A DNA stretch of 64,000 bases from Eledone cirrhosa (Eukaryota). Where the stretch lies: NCBI GenBank assembly GCA_964016885.1, contig OZ024740.1:120280001-120344000 (forward strand), given 5' to 3'. Below are positions 13,937 through 24,681 of the stretch, one piece after another. Made by a program: the position numbers and the translations under genes. Every line of letters begins with the position of its first letter. Position 1 is the first letter of the stretch. The notes under the pieces were generated by a model, which was not told the origin of the DNA, ran no database searches, and was given only the letters and a program-made list of their open reading frames with translations.

Positions 13937-14348
13937 ATATACACCTACATATCTATCTATACATCCATATACATGCGTGTACTTCCATATATGTATGTAC
14001 TTATCTATCTATTCATATCTTTCTGTCACACACTCTCTATCTCTTTATATATCACACATACATACACACATACATATAAAGTTGAACTAATTGGCAATAT
14101 GCAGTGTCACTGAACATTTCAGACATTGAAACTGAGCTTTCAATTAGCAGAATTTAGATAGACTATGTCTTAAATTTTTTGTATTTCTAAAAGAAATTTA
14201 CGATGATTCAATTTAATTTTACATATATATTTCATTTTCTTTCTCCACTCAGCCAATCATAGCTTCCTTCTCCACATTTCATGTTTTGAAATCTTTATTT
14301 ACCTTTATTAATTTTCATGACTCATTTAAAAGAGAATTATCTTGACTT

Positions 14349-14452
14349 ATTCTACTATTTCACATATTCTTTCCCTTGATATTTTCCTCATTTCTTTGAT
14401 GATAAACAAATGTGCAAATATCAAGGGGAAATGTTGTGTAAAATAGGTAGAA
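14349..14452. repeat. Imperfect hairpin, about 48-bp arms
   Basis: ttctactatttcacatattctttcccttgatattttcctcattt pairs with aaatgtgcaaatatcaaggggaaatgttgtgtaaaataggtagaa. Confidence 0.65.
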
Positions 14453-14619
14453 TTATCGTTTCTCCACCCCAGGTTCATTTTTGGTATCATTACATTTGGC
14501 AGCATATCACATTATCATCAATATAATTATCTTCCAATTCTTTTGCTCTGCACCTCATTTCTGTATACTATTTTTTCAGCTCCCAACCTATTATCACTTC
14601 CATCAAACATAAGGAAAAG

Positions 14620-14832
14620 CTTTCTGATTTAGGCACAAGGCCAACAATTTTCAGGGAGGGAAAAGTCAATTAAATCGATCCCAGTACTTTACTAGTATTT
14701 TGTTTTATTGACCCCTTAAGGATGGAAGTCAAAGCTAATATTGGTGAAATCTGAACTCAAAACAAAGGGTTGTAACTCTATGCCACAAAGCATGTTATCT
14801 GACGCTCTATTGAAGCTGTCAAACCACTGCCC
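14620..14832 (-). mobile_element. SINE family 2, diverged copy
   Basis: tttctgatttaggcacaaggcc...ttttattgaccccttaaggatggaagtcaaag...tgaactca; homologous to 28539 and 43964. Confidence 0.7.
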
Positions 14833-15942
14833 TTTTAAAGATAATAAAATATAATGCCATCTCTACCAAGTAGAAAGAAAAAAAATTCAAAAACAAAATA
14901 TTAAAAATAAAAGTATATCCAGTTATAATCTAAACTTTAAAATATTATGACAAATATTGATTTCATGAGATTTATTGAATGGAGGAAAAAAATCAAATTA
15001 ATAAAAAATGAAATATAACAAATATCATAGTGAACCCCTAACATTTACTTCAATATTAACTCAAACAGGATGAAAATAACTAACCCACACATTTTCCTTT
15101 TTACACTGCTACCAAATTCTTTTTTTAAAATATAAATATAAATTCTGCATTTCAATAACCCAAGACAAATACAATTTGATTTTCAAGAATCAAAGGACTC
15201 TTATTTAAAATAGCTTTCTTCAGCAAAAAAAATACAAATGCATTCCAATTCTGACCACTCCTACTTTTTCTCTGTATATTAATTTATTATTACTTTTTTT
15301 TTTTACTTTACTTTCCACTCCAAGAATGCAACCCAATGATTCTTTAAACAGTACCAATCATCTAATTTTTTTTTTTTATACATTAAGACCACTTGAAGAT
15401 ATTGCAATGGGTTAAATATATTAATTCATGCGATGGTAGCCTATTGCAATATGTGCATTTAGTAATTTGATATCAAATGAAATATACTAATCTAAGATGA
15501 TGATGATGATGAAAGCATACTCTAGAACCATGCTTAATCTTTAAATTTATTGATATAAAACTAAAGTTAAGTAATTAGATCGCTATTGATTTTGCCAGGT
15601 ATTCAGTTGTTTGATCAAATGAACTAACTGATCATTGAATTAGCATCTAAATAGCTGAGTATTCCACTTCCCACACAGACACACATATGTATGCTTAACA
15701 TAATTCTTAGACAAAATCAGCATGACAGTGTGACACGGATAGAACTTTCTTTCCAGAGAATACAAACATTCTCCACTTCATATAGAAACTATGCTAAAAT
15801 ATGGGATATATCAACAAGACATGGTTCTCTTATCCATCTAATCTCAGGCACTGAGAATCTGTCGATTCATGGCAGCCAAGAAAATGGATATAAAATAATT
15901 ATGGTGGTGTTGACATTGCTTTAAATATATATATATATATAT

Positions 15943-16671
15943 ATATAAATGAGACGTATAGAGATTGTTTTAGCAAGAAGCTAACGGCATTCTATAACAT
16001 ATATGCGACTATAACGTCAAGATGGGAAAAGTAGTTAACGAAAGATTTAGGGAAAATAACTCAAACTCATCTCAAAAGAGAATCAGGATACAAATTCATC
16101 CACAGAATTTAGTAAAATCCATGGAAAAATCTATAGGCCTTTAACTCATGATAAAACAAAGTTTGAAACACTTATCCTTCAATTTGGAATAACATCAAAT
16201 GCTCTGTATAGTCTTAAAAGACTATTTCATGAAAACTTTCAGTGGAGATGGTCACGGTTGGAATATCATTCATCAGCAGAGCTCAACAGAAAACCAGGGC
16301 TCTCACAGTAATATAGTCCGAAAAAGGGAATTCTAAAACTGGCTAGTTCGCCTTCATGTGTATTTATGAAAAAGCACATGAGGAAAAAACGGGGCTAGTG
16401 ACGTCAGGATGGAAGTGAATGTTTATTTACAAGAAATAGCAGTCAAATACATTCTGAAAAAAACTCTACAAGGAGTTCAGCAAAATAGCAATAATTATCA
16501 CAGTTTTTATGAAAAAAACCGGGATTAGTCACAGATAGTTTAAGCACTCTAGGAAAAGAATCCGAGTATAAATATAAATGAGACGTATAGAGATTGTTTT
16601 AGCAAGAAGCTAACGGCATTCTATAACATATATGCGACTATAACGTCAAGATGGGAAAAGTAGTTAACGAA
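15943..16671. repeat. 729-bp insert with identical 100-bp terminal direct repeats
   Basis: 15943-16042 equals 16572-16671 (offset 629); both sides are (TA)n tracts. Confidence 0.85.
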
Positions 16672-16731
16672 TATATATATATATATGTATGTGTATATAT
16701 GTATGTGTATATATGTATGTGTATATATGTG

Positions 16732-17961
16732 CCCCGACTGTCATCTGGTGGTCCCTAAGGAAACTAGGTGTAGAGGAATGGCTTGTGAGGACAGTGCAAG
16801 CTATATACAGGGGTGCTGTCAGTAAAGTGAGAATATGAATTGAGTTTAGTGAGGAATTCCAGACACAAGTAGGTGTACATCAGGGTTCAGTCCTCAGCCC
16901 GCTCTTGTTCATATAGTCCGCCAAGCCATAACAGAGGAGTTTAAGAATGGATCCCCATGGGAACTTCTCTGTGCTGATGATCTGGTTCTTATAGCAGAAT
17001 CAGTAGAGGAGCTAGAGAATAAATTCTAGCTATGGAAACAGCATTTGTAATCAAGAGGCCTGAGAGTGAACATAGCTAAAACAAAAGTGTTGATAAGTAG
17101 AAGAGAGGACAATACTCTGATTCCATCAGGGAAATGGCCATGTTCGATATGTAGGAAAGGAACTGGCATAAATTCCATAAAATGTATGCAATGCAGATCT
17201 CGGGTACACAAGAGATGTAGTGGGATAGCAGGCAAACTAACAGGTAGGGAAAACTACGTATGCAGTAGATGTACAGGGAAAGTTAGCAGTAGTAATCGCA
17301 GTGATATTCACATTTTTCCAATGCAGGTGTGTTCTATAGAAGTGGTTGATACCTTCCGGTACCTAGGTGATCAGATTAGCATGGGAGGGGGGTTCCGAGG
17401 CCATAGTATCTAGAATAAGGACGGGTTGGAAGAAGTTTAGGGAGCTGCTTTCTCTGTTGAGAAAGAACGGTTTCTCCCTGCTTACAAAAGGATGGTTATA
17501 TGATGCTTGTGTGAGATGTGCAATGCTGCATGGTAGTGAGATATGGGCAGCAACTGCAGAAGATATGCGACAGCTGGAGAGAAATGAAGCAAGTATACTC
17601 CTTTGGATGTGCAATATCAATGTGCGTGAACGACCAAGCATAGACGAGTTGAGAAAGAAACTGAGTATAAGAGGAATAAGTTGTGGTGTGCAGGAGAGAA
17701 GGCTGAGATGGTATGGACATGTGATGCGCATGGAGGATGACTGCTGAGTAAAGAAGTGCCAAGAAATCCCAGAAGGAAGACGCAGTAGAGGTAGACCATG
17801 AAAAACATGGGCGGAGGTGGTGAGAGCAGTGCTCAGATCGCTGAAACTCACTGAGGAGATGACAAAGGACCATGACAACTGGAGAGATGCTGTGCTGAAT
17901 AGGACCCGTCCAACCTTTGCAAGTAGGGAAAAGCAGACATAAAATGATGATGATGATGATG
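16732..17961 (+). mobile_element. 5'-truncated decayed RTE LINE, subfamily C
   Basis: RT C-terminal half with stops and frameshifts (ORFs 17066-17413, 17367-17747); short 3' end acccgtccaacctttgcaagtagggaaaagcagacataaaa(TGA)n; flanked on both sides by the same tatgtgtatatatg minisatellite. Confidence 0.92.
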
Positions 17962-18012
17962 TATGTGTATATATGTATGTGTATATATATATATATATTT
18001 AGGAACGAGTAG

Positions 18013-18090
18013 GACCCACTCTACTACCCTAAGTATTGAGTACTTTGGTGCGTTATGGTCCATCTGGTTCCTTACCACATTTCCTTCGTT
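18013..18090 (+). repeat. Short dispersed repeat, copy 2
   Basis: acccactctactaccctaagtattgagtactttggtgcgttatggtccatctggttccttaccacatttccttcgtt, followed by (TA)n. Confidence 0.75.
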
Positions 18091-21000
18091 ATATATATAT
18101 ATATACTTACTTGTGGTGTTCGGGTGGCCGATTTCCGTTCCTAGGTAAGCGGTTCCTTGAGCGTTAATAATAAAGGAGTGAAGAATAACATAGATCGGCT
18201 GTACAGTAGGGTTTGTTCCAAGTATTAACAAATGTTTCATTAGTCCGGTGTGTCTAAAAACCCACTATCCACTGTATGCCACAGTACACGATTTTAATTA
18301 CAGTCGAAACCCAACCAAATTCTCAAATTTGCCTTAAACGATACTTTGTTAACTTTATATATATATTATATATAAATAAGCATTTATGCATGTAATTTCA
18401 AATAATCATGACATTAAGATTTAGTGGTTAGCTTAGATTTCCAGAAATCCAGTAAAATAAATAATATATTCACAATTATGAGAGAAAAAACTTCATGTAA
18501 TTTGAATGAAACATGTTCAATTCAAGATTTTAAAATACATACATAGTTTATACCCAATAATGTGCATTTGGTTTATAAGTAATTCAGTAACAACCATAGC
18601 CGGAGAACAAAATACCCACAGTTTATAATGAAGACAGGGATATCAAGTTATGAAACATGGAAACTCAAACAGAGAAATAGATGTATTGTCTATACATACT
18701 CATATATGTGTAATCATGTAAGTATATGTATGTATATTATCATCATCAATTTTTATGTCCACTTTCTATAGTGGCATAGGTTGAATGAACTATACTTGAG
18801 ATGGGTTGGAGAACTATATTTTTCTTGAACATTCCTTTTTGGTATAGTTTCTATGCCTAGATGACCTGTAGAAAATGTAAAGTGTGTGCTGTTAGATGAG
18901 AATTTATAGAACATACTGGTTGCCTTTGTTCATGGCATCTCAACCATGCACTACAAACAAGCACCTACCACACACCTAAATAGTCTCACAATTACACACA
19001 CGAAATATCAAGCTCTACACAATTGATAATCCCATAGCATGACACTGAACTTATCTAAATGTGTTTTGCTTTTAATTGATGCTTAATGAGATTTATATGC
19101 TTATCCCTATGCATTTAACTCTTTCATTATGAACCTGCTTGATACAGCTTGAAAATTTCCCTGATCCAAGATTACCAACCCCCTCAATACTACCTATAAT
19201 TAGCTATGCAAATTTAAAGTATAATAACTGTAACTTTCATAACTCCGATAGTGATATGATTTCAATAGATGAATATATGCTATACATAAAAAAATATTTA
19301 TTGTTGGGAAATTTGTGGTCTCTAAATTATTTTGAATATTTTTCCACATCATTATTATCTTTTCTATAATGTTTTACACTTAAAACAAAGGGACACCAGC
19401 ATTAAATTCAGCTCTAATGACTCCTAATTTTAATGCTTTTCCAAAGGAGAGTATGCCTACACACACCAAGAATCTGTACCTCGAGTTAGTATGGTCTTCA
19501 CTAGCTCTACAATGTAAACCCATCTTCTTACAGTTATGCTCCACATTTTCTCAATTAAGATACATTCATCTTATAAATTTAGGTTTTGAAACATTTTGCT
19601 CTGACCACACTAAGTAAATTACTTAGCCAGCATTTTTTACTGCACAATTCACATCAAGCCTTGCAAAATCGTGTAACAGGTCACAATATTATAGAATTCA
19701 TTCCACAAGGCTGCTATGCAATTAATATGTTTAATGATTTATTTATTGATTCCAGGAAATTATAATATATTTAATTTAATTATAGAAAACTGTATAAAAC
19801 TGTCCTATGAAGTATATGCCTTAGATAGATTCCATGATAAAATGCACCCAGCACACTGCATCAAATTCTAGTGCTAAATCAACAATAAAATGTACTCAGC
19901 GCACTTTGTAAAGTGGTTGATGTAAAGAAGAGCATCTAACCATAACAATCATCCAAAAATGAGGAATGTATAAACAAGATATGTTTCTTCAACTCATCTA
20001 GTCTCAAACCAGGATAACCCATATAGCACATTCTAGCATGGGAACAGACATAAAATGAAGATAATGACGTCACAAAAATATACATGTTGAACATGCTCAC
20101 TCACAAATAAACATGTACACTCAAACGCACACACACACCTAATATAACAATGTGACCCTAAAGTAATATTACTCAAACTCATGTCTGCCAGTATCAGATT
20201 GGAAGCACTATATTATATATTTCAAAATGATTACTTTCCTTCTCACACCTAATATTTCATATAACACTGACATTATTAATAACATATTATTCATTATTAG
20301 AAACATGCTGACTTTGAATATTTAAAATAAACATCATTCCTAAAATATATGAGAGCTACAACTGGACAGGTTTGTCTCCTTTTGTGAGATGAAGCATGTT
20401 TATCTGTGAGAGGTTTTATGCTTCTGTGCAGTTAGTCAATTAATTAACAGCATCTCAAGCTGATTCATCATTCAAATGAATGAAAATACAATTTGATGAT
20501 AAATCAATTTCTTGTTGATGCAGAATAAGCAAATCATGAATGACTGCTCAGATTTTAATATTTAAAAATATTCTAATAAAAAATAACTGCATATAAAACT
20601 AAATTGAATTAAATAAAAAAAAACATGCGATGTTAATTTCTGTGATTCAAATTAAAAAGTACACAGTTATTGATATCAATGTGTGAAAAAAATGTGTTTA
20701 ACATTTTAAGAATATATATATTAAAAAAAGTTATATTTCAAACCCAACAATTTTCCCTTCACATAAATGCTCATTTAAAAAGTTATAGTCAATGTTCAAC
20801 TTGCTTTGTTTGTTGAAACTTTACATCATGTCAAAATTAATTTTATTTTAGATATTTAACTTTTATGATATGCAGAAGAAATGTTTGTATATATTATAAT
20901 CATACATTCAATTATTTCATTTTCATTGCGCTCTCAAAATTATTGTTTTTTTGTTTTATTTATAATGTCTGAAATGCAATTTTATAAATATGTACCAAAG

Positions 21001-22870
21001 ATTAGCAAGACATATGAAAGATGCATATGGTTTGAATTAACATCATATTTTGCAAATATAATTATATGATAATATAATTCACAGAGTCTTTATTCACTTT
21101 TTGTGAATGATGTATTTGTTAGAAATAATGAGATATAACACTCCAAATATCAACAACAACATTGTTATTATTCAATCCTCTATATCTACACATTAGTGGA
21201 TGCAACTAGCACCAATAAAATCATAGAAAAATGAATGAGATATAAATTAAGGTTTATTGTTATGGTATAGAATATCTTTAAAAAAATTCAATACAATATG
21301 ATATATTGAAGTAATATAAGAATCAGATGAGAATAAATAATACACATAATTATAATTTTGTGTTATTTTACAGAGGGGAATTTTCAAAAATAGATTTCAA
21401 ATTATGCATACATACTGTCTGTGTACGTCTACATGTGTGTGTATGCCTGTATGTGTATACAACTATATATATTTACATGCTAAATTTAAATATACTTACA
21501 TATAGACGAATATTATCATAAGAATTGTTTTATATCTGCTTGTCTATGTGTGCATGGGTTAAATGAATAAATGAATGAACGAACAAATTAATAAATGCAA
21601 ATGATGAGGATGTTGGTGATACAGTTTGTACTTATACTTTTGCTATTCATGTTATGGAATTGTCGTTTGTGCCATGTGACTAACCACCTTACAGCATAGA
21701 CAGAGTGCATTTTATCATCCTACCAGCACTTGAAAAATTGTCCTTAAGTACTGAATGTCCTCCCTACACTGTGATAGTATTTATTCAGAGTTATTTTAGT
21801 AGAACTAAACTCACAGCTTCTTGAAGTTCAATATTGAAAGTGTGCTTTAGAACCCTGCTGTCAAAATATTGTTAATCTAGAAATATAATTGTTCAAGGAT
21901 GGGAGAAATTTCTTTCTTAATTCATACATTACATTTTGTAGAATTGCCAGAAAAGATTTATCATTGGAATTTTCTTCAAAAGAAATATTTGTGGAAGCTT
22001 ACTATTACAAAGTTACAATTAAAAGCTCAAGCAAATGTAATCTCAGTTTGAATAGTTGTTTAGTTAGGAATTTTACTTCATAAAATTGAGCAATATTTTG
22101 TAAGTGGAATTTAGTAGACAGAAAGAAAAACATAGCCTAGCTAATTATTTAGAATGAAGCTTATTAATAGTTCATTGAAATTCTCATCACAGCCTACTCA
22201 GCTATGAAGGAAATAACTCACGATAAGAACTGATACAGAGAGCTATTTATCACTTCTCAGATGGGATACCCATGATATAATGCCACCAGCATACAGTTTA
22301 AGTAGTGTGAGAAAGTTAATTGCAATATATGTAAACAAAAAGGAACTTCCATATTCACATACAGGATCAAATTTGTATCTTTTAATTTATAGAATGTGAT
22401 CACATTGCAAATTGGAGGATATTTCAAAAAGTGAATTGTAAATTAAAATTCCTCAATCAAAAAGAAAATGTTTAATCTGTGTGCAGTCAAGTGGAGTCTA
22501 TGAGGGACACATGTGAAAAAGATGAAAAAAAGACATTTTACTAAAATACAACTTGCAGCTCTGTCAAGTCAGGTTAAGTTTAATTACTTATTTTCAGTTA
22601 CAGATTTGCAATCTCTTTATTAAAGAAGGATACAGAATAATATATATATATATGTATAAAAAACACTGTATACAATCTCTCAGGCTTTTACAAAGCACTG
22701 AGGTGATGAAGTTAATATAAATATAGTGTACTCATGCATCTTTAACGATTTTCACCCTATAGCATCTCTGTGCATTCTTTATAAAATGGTGAAATCGAAA
22801 AAAAAAAGATGAAATCGAAAATGCAACTGGAGTCTTATTTAAAAAAAACATATATATATATATTTGGTTC

Positions 22871-22906
22871 CTTTACCGGTTTCGCAGTTCTTCTGCTTTT
22901 CAAAAG
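22871..22906 (-). ncRNA. Degenerate minimal hammerhead ribozyme motif
   Basis: Minus strand ctt-TTGAAAA-gcag-aagaa-ctgc-GAAA-ccgg-TA-aag: stem II and palindromic stem III intact, two substitutions in the CUGANGA core. Confidence 0.4.
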
Positions 22907-22938
22907 TACAGTTGAGATGGAGGGTCTGTGGATTTTCT

Positions 22939-22942
<4 letters not shown>

Positions 22943-23012
<70 letters not shown>
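22943..23012. repeat. (TA)n-(GA)n compound microsatellite
   Basis: Direct observation. Confidence 0.95.
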
Positions 23013-23014
<2 letters not shown>

Positions 23015-23662
23015 CCATAAAAGGGTGAAAGCAGCCATTCTTTGCTTAAACTTTAATCTGTACGACTACTACTACTAATAATTGTTTCTACTTTTGGCAC
23101 AAGGCTAGCAATTACACAGTGCATTACTGGTACTTTAATAACTACTACTACTACTACTACTAATATATATATAATAAAGTATGTCCATAGAATCATTTGA
23201 TAAAATATATACATTATTTCCTCTCCCAATCGGCATAATCAACCACACAAAAAAACAATTAAACAAGGCTATAAGATTAAAAGGCACCTATGAAGAAATA
23301 ATAGATAAATAAACAACAGCTATCTATTCGCAATCAACAGCTATAGAATATTTACCCACCATTATATATTCTTTGCTTAAACTTTAATCTGTTATTTTAA
23401 TAAATATATATATATATATATGGATATTTACCATGCGGTATTCTAATCCTATTGTATCTCTCTCAGTTCCTACCCCCCCCCCCCTCTATGCACTTCTTTA
23501 AGGCTTACTACCCTGTCTTTAACCTAATTCATTCAATCTGAAAATATTGAAGAGATAAGACACTTTGCCATTCTTCTCTGCTAAAATGTACCAGTAGAGC
23601 TGATTCAAATTTTCCCAGCCAGCCATCCACCTAATCTACGAAGGTATTTTAGCCTACATATT

Positions 23663-24642
23663 GTCGTTAATATTATGATGTTCCCTGCTGTATTAGCGTT
23701 AAATTTTCCCTGCTGTATTAGCGATAAATTTTCGAGGGTTTCTCTTAGTAGCTTTTTCATGTCGTTAATATTATGATGTTCCCTGCTGTATTAGCGTTAA
23801 ATTTTCCCTGCTGTATTAGCGATAAATTTTCGAGGGTTTCTCTTAGTAGCTTTTTCATGTCGTTAATATTATGATGTTCCCTGCTGTATTAGCGTTAAAT
23901 TTTCCCTGCTGTATTAGCGATAAATTTTCGAGGGTTTCTCTTAGTAGCTTTTTCATGTCGTTAATATTATGATGTTCCCTGCTGTATTAGCGTTAAATTT
24001 TCCCTGCTGTATTAGCGATAAATTTTCGAGGGTTTCTCTTAGTAGCTTTTTCATGTCGTTAATATTATGATGTTCCCTGCTGTATTAGCGTTAAATTTTC
24101 CCTGCTGTATTAGCGATAAATTTTCGAGGGTTTCTCTTAGTAGCTTTTTCATGTCGTTAATATTATGATGTTCCCTGCTGTATTAGCGTTAAATTTTCCC
24201 TGCTGTATTAGCGATAAATTTTCGAGGGTTTCTCTTAGTAGCTTTTTCATGTCGTTAATATTATGATGTTCCCTGCTGTATTAGCGTTAAATTTTCCCTG
24301 CTGTATTAGCGATAAATTTTCGAGGGTTTCTCTTAGTAGCTTTTTCATGTCGTTAATATTATGATGTTCCCTGCTGTATTAGCGTTAAATTTTCCCTGCT
24401 GTATTAGCGATAAATTTTCGAGGGTTTCTCTTAGTAGCTTTTTCATGTCGTTAATATTATGATGTTCCCTGCTGTATTAGCGTTAAATTTTCCCTGCTGT
24501 ATTAGCGATAAATTTTCGAGGGTTTCTCTTAGTAGCTTTTTCATGTCGTTAATATTATGATGTTCCCTGCTGTATTAGCGTTAAATTTTCCCTGCTGTAT
24601 TAGCGATAAATTTTCGAGGGTTTCTCTTAGTAGCTTTTTCAT
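23663..24642. repeat. Tandem array of 10 identical 98-bp units
   Basis: Units start at 23663, 23761, 23859 ... 24545; each contains two 25-bp subrepeats ttccctgctgtattagcg(t/a)taaatt. Confidence 0.97.
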
Positions 24643-24681
24643 GACGTTATTATTGTTAATTTTACTGATGTAGTATTAACT

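Noticed and set aside
23663-24642. CRISPR-like array (recurring 25-bp repeat)
   Set aside because: Intervening sequences are identical rather than unique spacers, there are no cas genes, and the context is eukaryotic. It is a tandem repeat.
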